This document shows, piece after piece, positions 48,468-58,036 of a DNA stretch of 64,000 bases. The position numbers and the translations under genes were made by a program. The notes beneath the pieces are model-generated. The model did not search any database. It was not told where the DNA came from and worked only from the letters and a program-made list of their open reading frames with translations. Numbering within the stretch: the first letter of the stretch is position 1; every line of letters begins with the position of its first letter. Origin of the DNA: an uncultured Nitrospiraceae bacterium (lineage in GTDB: Bacteria; Nitrospirota; Nitrospiria; Nitrospirales; Nitrospiraceae). The DNA lies in assembly GCA_963730935.1 (NCBI GenBank), contig CAVSTP010000004.1:352001-416000 (forward strand). Direction: 5' to 3'.

Positions 48468-48584
48468 GGGAAGTCCCTCCCTCAAAGGCAGCGCCTCATT
48501 TCTCAGGATCACTTGTTCACCAAAGGTTCCTGGAACATTTCTATTTTCCATCACATGGTCCATCTGCTCGGAATGAGAAAATAC

Positions 48585-49583
48585 TCAGAGCAGGGTGAGC
48601 ACGATCCGATAGGTGACTCTCGCTTTACAAAATTTGTCGTAATCTTCATACACGATATAGTTGAAATCTTTGATCGGTGGTGGAGTGAGCTTTTTGGTCA
48701 ACGTGATCCCATTAGGTGTAAATTGACCTATAGGATCTTTCTCGTTGAACCTCATGCCAGGCTCGAACAAATTTGCGAGGCCAATATTGCGAGCGGACCA
48801 TCCGAACTCCGCGATTTCTCGCGTCTGTCCGCCACTTAGCTTAAACTCTTTCATATGATCTCGTCCGTCAGGTGAGGCCCAATATAAATGGATGTCACTT
48901 TTTCCCACCGTATCGCAGTCGGCATACAAAAAGAATTTGAGAGGTGTGACAGTGACATTGAACCTCGGTGTCATGGTGAATTGAGTACTAAACGTGAAGG
49001 ACTTCCCGTTCGGAATGAGTTCCCGAAGGGCGATATCGAGGCGCATGAGCCTGGACAGCCCGTCTCTCAAGTCATCCGCGTACCGAACTTGTATACCGGT
49101 CGTGGGTTTGTAGGTCTCTGTCAGGCGCTGTCCGGAGGTGCTGTAGGCGACGCTGATCTCGACCGGAACTGTGAGGGCTGGATTTTCGGGCACTCGGAGG
49201 TCGACCGTGTTGGTTGCGGGGAAGGATACCTGAATCGCGTTGGCGACGAAATTGAGGGTGGGCGTGGGAGCAGTGTAACTCGGGAGACGGATGAAGCTGC
49301 CTCCCTGGATCGCTCCCGACGAGAGCTTCGGCGGTAGTAGTCCCCGTTCCTGAATGTCGCCAGCCTCCGCCGACGGAGCGGGCTCTTCGGGTATCGTAGC
49401 CGCCGCACCAGGCGATGCCGGTTCCTGAGCACCGGTTGCTGTGCCGATCTCAACCCCGGTGCCAGTGGCGGATGGACTTTCGAGCGTCGGCTGATCCGCC
49501 AGCAACCGCGGAACGAGCGGCACGCTCACAAGACCACCGGTCAACAGCGCGATTGTTAGTATGGAGATCGTGATCGATCGCAT
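48585..49583 (-). CDS. Exported hypothetical protein (family with 49632 and 58140 copies)
   Basis: GGAGGGAG RBS; signal peptide; acidic Pro-rich segment ending GDIQERG. Confidence 0.75.
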   Translation of the reverse strand: MRSITISILTIALLTGGLVSVPLVPRLLADQPTLESPSATGTGVEIGTATGAQEPASPGAAATIPEEPAPSAEAGDIQERGLLPPKLSSGAIQGGSFIRLPSYTAPTPTLNFVANAIQVSFPATNTVDLRVPENPALTVPVEISVAYSTSGQRLTETYKPTTGIQVRYADDLRDGLSRLMRLDIALRELIPNGKSFTFSTQFTMTPRFNVTVTPLKFFLYADCDTVGKSDIHLYWASPDGRDHMKEFKLSGGQTREIAEFGWSARNIGLANLFEPGMRFNEKDPIGQFTPNGITLTKKLTPPPIKDFNYIVYEDYDKFCKARVTYRIVLTLL

Positions 49584-49631
49584 GGTGTTCTCCCTCCGCA
49601 CGAATCGGCGCGCCGCCATCTCAACCGCCGC

Positions 49632-50663
49632 TCAGAATTGATCAAACGGCATCAGTGCGCGGATGATCGTGTATGTAATCTCCGCCTGACACCCCCCGCC
49701 GGATTTGCTTGGCTGCCCGGGCGGCCCTGCCGTCTCCTCCTTCAAGAAAAAATGATGTTTGGTAGTCGGTCCCGGCACCAACGGTCTGCCTGACCTACCG
49801 AGAGGGGGGGTGTATTCCCCGAAGTCACGCTCGTCAAAGAACACAGACGGTTCCTGGAGTTTGTCCCGCGTAGTGATCTCCTTGCGGGTCCAAGAAAATT
49901 GTGTGATCCCTTTTGCCTCGCCCTGACCGAGTTTGAACTTTTGCTCATGGAATTGACCATCAGGCGAATGCCACTTGAAGGTGATGTCACCTTTCCCAAC
50001 GGTATCGCATCGGTTAACCATGACGAATCTCAAATCCGTGACAAAGACGTCATAGAGCGGGGTGATCGTGAACTCCTTGTTGATCCCGAATCCTTGCCCA
50101 TTGGGGACCAGTTCCCTCACAGTAATAACGAGCTTCATCGGCCGTGGGTCCCCGTTCCCTTCAGCGTCGCGGTACGAGAGGGTCAGGCCGCTGGTGGAAC
50201 TATAGGTTCCTTTCTGGATCTGTGATCGGAACGGAGAGCTATAGAAGACTTCGACCTCGACGGGCACTGTCACCGGCAGGTTCGGGGGAATGCGGAGGTT
50301 CACGGAGATGCTCTTCGACGTGATCCGCATCGCGTTTCGGATCGCGCTTAAACTTAGTGTCGGCGCGCTAAATTGAGTTGGTGAGTTAGGTTGAAGGTTG
50401 GGCGCCACTTGCCCAGGCAGGACCCCCCGTTCCTGAATGTCGCCAGCCTCCGCCGACGGAGCGGGCTCTTCGGGTATCGCGGTAGGCGCACCAGGCGATG
50501 CCGGTTCTTGCGCGCCAACCGCTGTGCCGACCTCGTCTCCGGTGCCGGTGGATGGGGTACTCAGGACCGGCGGCTCGTCAGCCAGCGCCCATGTTACCTG
50601 CGGCACACCCAACAGACCGCCGGTCAGCAGAAGCGTTGCTATGGACATAGTGATCGATCGCAT
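49632..50663 (-). CDS. Exported hypothetical protein, paralog of 48585-49583
   Basis: Start MRSITMS after GAGGAG; near-identical IPEEPAPSAEAGDIQERG; shared RELxPNG and CDTVGK..I...W.SPDG. Confidence 0.75.
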   Translation of the reverse strand: MRSITMSIATLLLTGGLLGVPQVTWALADEPPVLSTPSTGTGDEVGTAVGAQEPASPGAPTAIPEEPAPSAEAGDIQERGVLPGQVAPNLQPNSPTQFSAPTLSLSAIRNAMRITSKSISVNLRIPPNLPVTVPVEVEVFYSSPFRSQIQKGTYSSTSGLTLSYRDAEGNGDPRPMKLVITVRELVPNGQGFGINKEFTITPLYDVFVTDLRFVMVNRCDTVGKGDITFKWHSPDGQFHEQKFKLGQGEAKGITQFSWTRKEITTRDKLQEPSVFFDERDFGEYTPPLGRSGRPLVPGPTTKHHFFLKEETAGPPGQPSKSGGGCQAEITYTIIRALMPFDQF

Positions 50664-50760
50664 GATGGTCTCCTCTGCCTGGGGATACCAAACGGTTCCT
50701 CGAACCGATAGGCCTTGGAACACTCCGAAACCAGTTCCGTGCTGAGCACAACTCCGAGTA

Positions 50761-51171
50761 TCACTTGCCTTCCTTTTCTGAAGGTGTCGACTCCTCGCCT
50801 TCGACGCCACGGCGCTGGATTGGATTATCTGCACCCGCCTTTGGCGTCTGGCTGGTCCTTGGCTGCAGCTGCGGCAGGTTGTTCGATGGCTTGATGGCCG
50901 CCGGCCCCGATGTGCAAGTGCAGACATAGGTGCCGCTCGGGTTGGGATTGCAGTGAATTTGATAACGTTGGTCGCAGCCGCTTCTGCATTTCGCGTCGGA
51001 CGGAGGGCAGCTCTGAATGCATGCGTTGTGCAGACCTTCGCACTTCTTGATCTCAGCATCGTTGTTTGGCACCGCGGCAACTTCCAAACTCGTCGCCATG
51101 ACGAAGCCAATGCACAACATCAAACACCACACGGCCAGCGTGACTCTACCCAGCGAACATCTGTTTTTCAT
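50761..51171 (-). CDS. Small exported Cys-rich protein with RRGVEGE...SEKEGK tail
   Basis: GGAGG RBS; signal peptide; 8 Cys in the mature part. Confidence 0.7.
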   Translation of the reverse strand: MKNRCSLGRVTLAVWCLMLCIGFVMATSLEVAAVPNNDAEIKKCEGLHNACIQSCPPSDAKCRSGCDQRYQIHCNPNPSGTYVCTCTSGPAAIKPSNNLPQLQPRTSQTPKAGADNPIQRRGVEGEESTPSEKEGK

Positions 51172-51246
51172 CACGAACCTCCCGGTAGTTGTGGGTGGAC
51201 CATCTGCAGTCAGAACAGTATCTTCCAATCGTCCCTCTGTAATGAG

Positions 51247-51365
51247 TCACGGTTTCTTCTCCGTCTCCGCCGAAGGAATTTCCTCTTCGGCTGGCCGGTC
51301 TTCCACGCCCCGGCGCATGACTGGAGCGTTCATGTCACTTGCCTTCCTTCTCTGAGGATGTCGGC
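51247..51365 (-). pseudogene. Orphan C-terminal tail fragments
   Basis: Mini-ORF 51333-51247 MNAPVMRRGVEDRPAEEEIPSAETEKKP*, directly preceded by ...QTPTSSEKEGK* (stop at 51335-51337). Confidence 0.6.
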
Positions 51366-51416
51366 GTCTGCCATCGGACCCTTATCGCCTTGCGGTGGAT
51401 CGTTTCTGTGGAGTCT

Positions 51417-51442
51417 GTCGACGGGATGAGAGAAAGGGTTCA
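51417..51442 (-). promoter_or_regulatory. ECF-type promoter TGAACC-N16-CGAC
   Basis: Exact motif heading the minus-strand gene run below 51.4 kb. Confidence 0.7.
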
Positions 51443-51664
51443 CGGGAGAAGAAAGCGATTCGGAGTAAGGATAAGGAAAAGAGAGTTGAACTGACGGCCT
51501 TGCGCTCACGGACAACCTCCTGGCTGCCAATACGGACGACCGCAGTTGCTATTGCTGGGGGAGGAAGAATACGGTAGGGAATCGGCCTAGGTCAACACTT
51601 GTGAGCAGGTCTAAAATGTTTAGCCGGCTTCCTCATGCCGATCCGAGACCTCGAAACAGACTAT

Positions 51665-52366
51665 TTACTTGCGGCTATGTCCTGAAATGAGCGCCCACTT
51701 GAGCAAGCTTCCCAATGCGTACACTCCGTCCTTCCAAGTGATTTTCTTGCCCTCGTCGTAAGTTCGTCCTGTGTAGGTGATCGGGATCTCATACACACGA
51801 TAGCCGTATCGGAATAGCTTGACTGTGATTTCCACCTCGATGTCAAAGCCGTCGGACTTGAGCGCAAGCGCCTTGAGCACGCCGGTGCGAACCATCTTGA
51901 AGCCGGTTTCCATGTCGCTCAAGATACCGGAAGTCATCAGATTGCACATGCCCGTGAGGAAGCGGTTCCCCAGGTAATGCCAAAGGAGGAACGCTCGATG
52001 AGGGCCTATGAACCTGGACCCATACACGGCATCGGCATGCCCTTGCTCAATCAACCGAAGCGCAGCGGGATAGTCTTCGGGATGGTATTCGAGATCGGCA
52101 TCCTGAATCATCACCACATCCCCGCTGACCCGTTCGAGAGCGGTTCTGAGGGCAGCGCCCTTTCCTAGATTTCGGTCATGATAGAGAAGATGTACGGACG
52201 CCGGATACTTGTCTAGGAGTACCTTGACCAGGTGTTGGCTGCCGTCTGTCGATCCGTCATCCACCACGATGACTTCATAAGGGCGCGCGACCGACCACAC
52301 GCGATCAATGACCGCCTTGATGGTCTCGCGCTCATTGTAGAGTGGAATCACCACCGACAGACGCAT
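51665..52366 (-). CDS. Glycosyltransferase family 2 (polyprenol-phosphate glycosyltransferase-like)
   Basis: LSVVIPLYNE, VVDDGSTDGS, NLGKGAAL, IQDADLEY, SDMETGFK, EGKKITWKDG. Confidence 0.92.
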   Translation of the reverse strand: MRLSVVIPLYNERETIKAVIDRVWSVARPYEVIVVDDGSTDGSQHLVKVLLDKYPASVHLLYHDRNLGKGAALRTALERVSGDVVMIQDADLEYHPEDYPAALRLIEQGHADAVYGSRFIGPHRAFLLWHYLGNRFLTGMCNLMTSGILSDMETGFKMVRTGVLKALALKSDGFDIEVEITVKLFRYGYRVYEIPITYTGRTYDEGKKITWKDGVYALGSLLKWALISGHSRK

Positions 52367-52447
52367 CTGCTCTGTTCTTCATCCGGAGAACCCAGGCCTT
52401 CTGCTGATTTTAGGCAGGAAGCCTGGGTTGATGATCCCTCCTTCCGG

Positions 52448-53293
52448 TTACTTCTGGTCCTTTCCTTCACTTGGAATTTCCACTTCTTGCGTTGCGCTGG
52501 GATCCGCGCCGGCTTCTTTCTCAACACCCCGTGGCATGATCAATCCTCCCGGCGCAGGGGGAAGAATAAGCTGTCCAGGAAGCTTGCCTGGAATCGGTCC
52601 TCGTTCAGGCGTCTCCACGATCACCTTACGAAGTTGGTCCATACTCTGGCCCCTGAGCATGAAACCGACCCCGCCCTGCGCCGCAGGCTCAACCTTGCTG
52701 TCCGGTCGAATCAGGAGGCGTGTGGTGGGGGAAAGAAGGGAGTGCGTCGCGATCGGTTGTCCCTTCATCTGAACCTGCGGTCCTTCTCGAAGGAACAAGA
52801 GGTATCGCTCACCCGGTCGGTACTGTGGATCATCGTGAATATTGACCGTATTTGCGACGAACGGCACTATTTGCGCCGGCGGGTCAATCCCGTCCTTAGG
52901 TTTGGGCGGAGCGCTTTTCATCGGTGGAGGAGCTTCAAATCCGGCCGGCATACCAAGGGTATGAAACACTTTGATCTCTTGCCCCTGCTCACCTTTCAGC
53001 TTTCCCACTGTGTTGAGGGTCACGACTTCCACGGCAATGTGTATCGCATCGCCCGGTTCACCCGGAGCCTTGATGACAATATCGTCGGCTCGTTCCGCTC
53101 TGACCACCTGTGCTTCAACGATCTGTTGGGCCAGTGCCTTGGCCTCAGCAATGTCTCGAGGATCATACGCCCAGGCGGCAGTCATGAGCGGCGGTCTGTA
53201 CAGATAGGTATTGATCGCGATCTGGGCCAGAAATCCCGCGCCCAGGACGACGATCGCCGCTATTAGAACTCGATTGAGTAGGTGGTATTTCAT
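52448..53293 (-). CDS. Exported/anchored hypothetical protein with MPRGVE acidic tail
   Basis: N-terminal hydrophobic helix; YRPGERYLLFL; LIMPRGVEKE...SEGKDQK. Confidence 0.7.
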   Translation of the reverse strand: MKYHLLNRVLIAAIVVLGAGFLAQIAINTYLYRPPLMTAAWAYDPRDIAEAKALAQQIVEAQVVRAERADDIVIKAPGEPGDAIHIAVEVVTLNTVGKLKGEQGQEIKVFHTLGMPAGFEAPPPMKSAPPKPKDGIDPPAQIVPFVANTVNIHDDPQYRPGERYLLFLREGPQVQMKGQPIATHSLLSPTTRLLIRPDSKVEPAAQGGVGFMLRGQSMDQLRKVIVETPERGPIPGKLPGQLILPPAPGGLIMPRGVEKEAGADPSATQEVEIPSEGKDQK

Positions 53294-53350
53294 GGTCCCC
53301 TTCCTCCTTCTTCGTCGCATCAATTGACGCGCAGAGTCCACCGAGCTTGC

Positions 53351-53878
53351 TCAATATTTGGCGTTAATATCCGACCAATTGTGGGGGGACGTGAAATTGG
53401 TGCTCGGGCTGTAATATCCCTTCGCCATGCAATCTCCTGTCGCACTATGGTCTAAACCGAAGGTATGGCCGACTTCCTGACATTGAACTCCTTGCACACC
53501 TTGAGAGGAATAACTGTAATAGGAATTGAAGGTGGCATGAGCGTGAGTGACCCTGCAAAAACACCAGTTGTGCCACCAGTCGAACTCATAGTTGATGATC
53601 GATGCAAGGCCGGCCCATCCGGTCGCGCCGGCGTTTGCACCGTACACGCTCACATCGGTATGAGAGCTGGCGAGCGGCAGGCTGAGGTCAGTATGAGAGT
53701 CCCAATCAGCGATGGCCGCTTTGGATTCATTCTGATGGCTTCCATACACCCACATTCTTATTGTGCTCTTATCCCAGTGCCAGCTCCCCCAGTTATGGGC
53801 CTGTAAAGCCTGAATGTTGACCATGAGCAGGCCTAGGACGATTCCGGCGAGAACGATCGCTTTAGCCCTCGATGTCAT
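53351..53878 (-). CDS. Exported metzincin/matrixin-like protein with QExxHxxGxxH variant motif
   Basis: Signal peptide ending LQA; CQEVGHTFGLDH followed by DCM (Met-turn). Confidence 0.7.
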   Translation of the reverse strand: MTSRAKAIVLAGIVLGLLMVNIQALQAHNWGSWHWDKSTIRMWVYGSHQNESKAAIADWDSHTDLSLPLASSHTDVSVYGANAGATGWAGLASIINYEFDWWHNWCFCRVTHAHATFNSYYSYSSQGVQGVQCQEVGHTFGLDHSATGDCMAKGYYSPSTNFTSPHNWSDINAKY

Positions 53879-54005
53879 GACTGCCTCCCTTCTGTGTATG
53901 CCCAGCGACGCAGCAGATGTTCCGAAATTCTCACTTGATCCCTCGCTTCGCCTAATGATCTCGGCGAGAGCGTCATCTGCTCACCTCCCTCCATGTGACG
54001 GCACG

Positions 54006-54464
54006 TTACTCACCTGCGATCTGGTGGCCCACCACAGGCTCCAACGCGCGGGTGACTTGCGGATTTTTCCCCACGTACAGAACGAGCAGTTTCCCTTTCC
54101 TGAAGAAATGAGGCGGCTCCACCCACCCGATTCGGGTTTCGCCGATCGTTGAGCCATCCGGGGCGATCTTTGCCACCGCGGCCTTGGCTGATTTTTCACT
54201 GTCGTATTCGAACGTTTGGACGTCGCTGCCATCGATACTGACAAATTGACCCGGGACGGACAGAAAAGGTTGGACAACCGGCCCCTTGGCCTCAACCGCA
54301 TGACCGGCTTTTTTCAGATCTTCGATGAATGTCGCGCGAGTCGATTCCGCGCCGGCTTGGCCGCTCTCGGAATCTTGAGATCTCACACACCCGGCCCCAC
54401 TGAGCAGTAGGCTGATGAGAAGCACGTCGCACAAGAACGCGCTGCTCCACATTCGATCAGTCAT
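54006..54464 (-). CDS. Hypothetical lipoprotein
   Basis: Hydrophobic stretch with GAGC lipobox; GGAGG upstream. Confidence 0.7.
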   Translation of the reverse strand: MTDRMWSSAFLCDVLLISLLLSGAGCVRSQDSESGQAGAESTRATFIEDLKKAGHAVEAKGPVVQPFLSVPGQFVSIDGSDVQTFEYDSEKSAKAAVAKIAPDGSTIGETRIGWVEPPHFFRKGKLLVLYVGKNPQVTRALEPVVGHQIAGE

Positions 54465-54532
54465 GGCAAGAAAACCTTCCTCCCGGACCAGTCAAGCTAT
54501 GGCCGGGCTCCAGAACAATGGCCTATCAGTGG

Positions 54533-54558
54533 GTCGTCCGAACGCTCGAAGAGGTTCA
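54533..54558 (-). promoter_or_regulatory. ECF-type promoter TGAACC-N16-CGAC
   Basis: Exact motif upstream of the 54464 start. Confidence 0.7.
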
Positions 54559-54744
54559 TAAAATAGAGGCGGGTGTAGGATCTAACAATGCGACGCACGC
54601 TGAGCAGGATTGCAGAGCTGGGAACTACACCATGGGGATCGACCATGATTCGACCACGTCCCTATGAAGAGACCGGTGTGAAGCAGGGGTGGACAGGCTA
54701 CGAATTTCTCCCATATAAGTCAATGCCAATTGAGCCAAAAGGAT

Positions 54745-56436
54745 TCATGGATCTTTAATGGGATCTGAATCGCAGGCTGACGACGGCACGTCGAGACGAT
54801 AGAGCGCGACCGCCTTATCGTCATGGACTAGACGAACGAACCTCTCGAAACCACTGATCGATTCCCTGTGTCTTACCAACCAGCTTTGGTCGATGGCCAG
54901 AGTGGTTACGTGCAGATTTTTGGTCATCAGACAGAGCAAGGGGAGGCTTGGAAACTCACGTGCCATGTCCGCCTGGAAGCGCAGGTAACCAGGCGGGAAA
55001 AAGCCGGAATATCCATTGATAAGCGGTTTGTTGTGATCGATCTGTGCAAAAAGCCGCCAGGCCTCAATCTCATAGTGGGAGACGTGCCGGCCGCTGGGGA
55101 ATGGGATGTGGGCTACTATCGCGGCCTCTTGCCTAGACTTGAGCCATGCAGTCCACTCTGTGCGGGGAGTCGCCGGTATTTGGACCAGAGGAGCAGGAAC
55201 CGCCATGTTTTCCACAGCGGCCAGGATTCCCAGCGTCATGGCTAATACCATTCCGGCAGAGCGAAGAGGCCATTCCTTTAGCCGAGCCAGAGCCACAGGG
55301 GCCAGCAAGCAAAGACCAAGCTGGGTAAACAGCGCGAATCGGAAGGGGCTCCGCAATTGGCTGAAGCCCGGTATTAGGTTTTTCAGGGTCCAAAATGGGT
55401 GCCATCCGCCGATGCTGACATTAAGGCCCAGAGCAAGAACACTGGACCCGATGATCATCGCTCCGAAAAGAAGGACCCAGGGCCGCTGCTCCGCATGTTG
55501 AAGGGCGAGGCTGAATCCCCAGGCGGCCAGCAGTAGGACGAAAAGGCCGGGAAAGAGCCCGGCCGTATCCCCATCCGTTGACTCTCGTGGAGGAATCGAG
55601 AGAGAAGCGGTGGCCGGCCTAGTAAAAAAATCAGACGGTTTCGCTGAAAGCGCCGCGACGACGTCGAAGGGACGTTCGAATTCCAGGGAGCTGTGGAATG
55701 ATAGAATCTGCGTCGCTAGCGGGGCAATGAGAGCCACCCAGAGCAGGGCGGCCAGGACCAATTTGCCGACCGCGCGGCGATCGTCACGGAGCAGCCATAC
55801 GGTCATCAGACCCGCCCCGGCGACCCAAGGAGCACCGAGTAATGCCAGCTGTTGGGAGGTGAGAAACTGCGCAACGTATCCGGCGCACGCCCACAGCGCG
55901 TGACCGAGCCGACGAGTCTGGGAGAATCTCACGAGGCCCTCGAAGGTCCACAGAGCCCCAAAGACAGGAAGCATGGGAAGCACCCCGAGAACTTTCGCGA
56001 TGAAGGGCAGCGTAACAATGAAGAGCCCGCCGAGGGCGGCTGCAAACGGCGGAAGGTGCAAGGCGCGAAGCAGACGATAGGCAAACCACCCGTTGAGCGT
56101 CAGAATCAGAAGCAGAGCACAGTTATAGGCAAGCGCGGGCGGGAAGCCGAGGGCCCATAAGGGCGAGACCATGAGGCCCGTCAGCGGCTGGGGCTCGGAA
56201 TAGGTAAAAACTCCCTCGTTCGGATAAAAGATGGGAGCATTCCAGTACGAGCTGAAGCCGTGGCTTACTCGGTCTGATGTCCACCAGAGGATCCAAAGAT
56301 TGAACAGCGGAACCGTAGCCTCCCGCTCAGTCCCGAGCGGGATGGCTAAAGACATATGGAAGACCAGAGGCCAAGTTGCCGCGATCGCGCCGAGGAGGCA
56401 GAGAGCCGGCGCCACGAAGACTCCTTGATCTCTCAC
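54745..56436 (-). CDS. Polytopic membrane protein, YfhO/GT-C glycosyltransferase-like
   Basis: TWPL...NLWILWW...YWNAPIFYP..FTYSE, many TM helices, LRSPFRF, PLINGYSGFFP. Confidence 0.7.
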   Translation of the reverse strand: MRDQGVFVAPALCLLGAIAATWPLVFHMSLAIPLGTEREATVPLFNLWILWWTSDRVSHGFSSYWNAPIFYPNEGVFTYSEPQPLTGLMVSPLWALGFPPALAYNCALLLILTLNGWFAYRLLRALHLPPFAAALGGLFIVTLPFIAKVLGVLPMLPVFGALWTFEGLVRFSQTRRLGHALWACAGYVAQFLTSQQLALLGAPWVAGAGLMTVWLLRDDRRAVGKLVLAALLWVALIAPLATQILSFHSSLEFERPFDVVAALSAKPSDFFTRPATASLSIPPRESTDGDTAGLFPGLFVLLLAAWGFSLALQHAEQRPWVLLFGAMIIGSSVLALGLNVSIGGWHPFWTLKNLIPGFSQLRSPFRFALFTQLGLCLLAPVALARLKEWPLRSAGMVLAMTLGILAAVENMAVPAPLVQIPATPRTEWTAWLKSRQEAAIVAHIPFPSGRHVSHYEIEAWRLFAQIDHNKPLINGYSGFFPPGYLRFQADMAREFPSLPLLCLMTKNLHVTTLAIDQSWLVRHRESISGFERFVRLVHDDKAVALYRLDVPSSACDSDPIKDP

Positions 56437-56593
56437 TGCGGAGGCTTCAAGTCTTCAATAGGACCAGTGGACGGACTCTGCCAGTTCATTTTGAGTCTCC
56501 TTCGCATTCACTTCGTCACGGGACAGTATCTCCACCTTGTGGCTGAAAACTGATACCCCGTTGGCACACGCCGGTACAGGTACCGGCGCTACA

Positions 56594-57055
56594 CTATTTC
56601 TTTCCCTCGGGTTGTTCATGAGAACCTGATGGAGCCGGTGTGGAATCGGCGGGCTGCTCGCCTTCGACTCCGCGCCGCATGATTGGAGCATTCATCCCGG
56701 CTTTCGGGACAGGGGTTGTTCGCGGAGGAGGATTTGTCGGCGCGACCTGAAGCTGCCCTCCCTGAACTGCGCCTATATTGGCTTTTGGATTCTTGGGAGT
56801 CTGAAAGCTTTCGATCTGCTCACAATCTTTCCCGCCCTCCGCATTAGGGGCGCAGCACATATAGTCTCCGCTACCGTTGCACTCGACCCACTGCCCAGGC
56901 TTGTTCAGACAATGGAAGGCTCCGTCTGGAACACCCCCCTTGCAGTTCTGTGGATTTTTTATGGGTTCCGCTTTAGCCGGTATCGCGTGAACCAGGCATG
57001 CATACATCAGAAACATCGCCACACCGCCGCATCGGATCGAGCTTCTGCTCCTCAT
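56594..57055 (-). CDS. Small exported Cys-rich protein with IMRRGVEGE tail
   Basis: Signal peptide ending AKA; 6 Cys in the mature part; acidic tail ending EGKK. Confidence 0.7.
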   Translation of the reverse strand: MRSRSSIRCGGVAMFLMYACLVHAIPAKAEPIKNPQNCKGGVPDGAFHCLNKPGQWVECNGSGDYMCCAPNAEGGKDCEQIESFQTPKNPKANIGAVQGGQLQVAPTNPPPRTTPVPKAGMNAPIMRRGVEGEQPADSTPAPSGSHEQPEGKK

Positions 57056-57101
57056 TGCGCACCGTCCTCTCTGGCCTTTGGCCTGTTAAGATCCTCGTTT
57101 G

Positions 57102-57515
57102 TCACTTGCCTTCCTTCTCTGAAGACGTCGGCTGCTCACTCTCGACTCCGCGATGCTGCAGGACCGGCGCGTCCGCCTTAGGGACAACAGAGGGACGGGT
57201 CTTGCCTAATTGAGGCTTTTGTTCGAAACAACCACTATTGCAGCCGACGGGTCCCTGCGAGGGAACACACCCGTGCACTGCGCTAAATACACACATTCCC
57301 GCTGGGCTGGTACACACGCATACAGGTGACTCTCCAGGAGCTGCCCCTTGTCGAATGGCACGCTCTTGCACGTCTCCGGATACCGGCGGTGATTGCTCCG
57401 GGGAAGCCACAGGCGACGATTCGTCTGCCGCTTGAGCAAATGAAGATCCGGTCATCAAGAGAACGAAGGCAAAAGAAGCCAGCACATATGGTCTCTTCCT
57501 ACCCAGTGAAGGCAT
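57102..57515 (-). CDS. Small exported Cys-rich protein flanked by both Arg motifs
   Basis: Signal peptide; GDVQERA; CVC...6-Cys domain; LQHRGVESEQPTSSEKEGK. Confidence 0.7.
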   Translation of the reverse strand: MPSLGRKRPYVLASFAFVLLMTGSSFAQAADESSPVASPEQSPPVSGDVQERAIRQGAAPGESPVCVCTSPAGMCVFSAVHGCVPSQGPVGCNSGCFEQKPQLGKTRPSVVPKADAPVLQHRGVESEQPTSSEKEGK

Positions 57516-57574
57516 CTCCGACTCCTTTCGCGATGATGTCCTTCCAACTACGGCAATCCTTGAAACCTGTGGTG

Positions 57575-58036
57575 TCACTTGCCTTCTTTCTCTGAAGAAG
57601 TGGGCTGCTCACCCTCAACGCCTCGGGGCATGACGGTCCCAGCGCTTGGAGCCATCGGAGCGCGTTGAAACTTACTCGGTGGTACGCCCGGTGACACAGG
57701 AGCCTGCTGCAGGACCCCGCCGGTCGGAGGAACAACGGTCCCCGACTGAGGTCCCTTCATTGCGGCCGGCTTGCAGTCCCTCACATTCGAGTAGCTCGTC
57801 TTTTCGTAACATTTCCCAGCAGGAGGCAGACCACCCTCGCACTCATCGTATTTGCAGTAGTCGGCGGTGCACTTCATGGCTTTGCCGGTACCTTCTTCTG
57901 TACCGTTTACGGTGGTGGTGCCGGATGACTTGCATGTCTGACCAGCCGGACCTTTCGGCACGGCCAGGGCAATGTCTGGCATCCCAATCACTGCCGCGAG
58001 CAATCCGATGACCCAAATCCGTCTCCGATCAGTCAT
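57575..58036 (-). CDS. Small exported Cys-rich protein with VMPRGVEGE...SEKEGK tail
   Basis: AAGGAGG RBS; signal peptide ending ALA; 6 Cys. Confidence 0.7.
   Translation of the reverse strand: MTDRRRIWVIGLLAAVIGMPDIALAVPKGPAGQTCKSSGTTTVNGTEEGTGKAMKCTADYCKYDECEGGLPPAGKCYEKTSYSNVRDCKPAAMKGPQSGTVVPPTGGVLQQAPVSPGVPPSKFQRAPMAPSAGTVMPRGVEGEQPTSSEKEGK

Noticed and set aside
50664..51110. Long N-terminal extension of track ORF 49632-51110
   Set aside because: It overlaps the real 50761-51171 gene in another frame; the paralog and RBS support a start at 50663.
52232..53266. 344-aa plus-strand ORF, and similar long antisense ORFs (e.g. 2145-2981, 14293-15213, 17477-18379, 47955-48839)
   Set aside because: They lie opposite well-supported genes, have no recognisable motifs, and are expected in GC-rich DNA.
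56455..56590. Another orphan tail (VFSHKVE resembling VMSRGVE)
   Set aside because: The key Arg-Gly is absent and the similarity is too weak to support.
50761..57630. RRGVE tails as Tat, sortase or PEP-CTERM signals
   Set aside because: They are C-terminal, only the second Arg is invariant (PRG, SRG, HRG variants), and no transmembrane helix follows.
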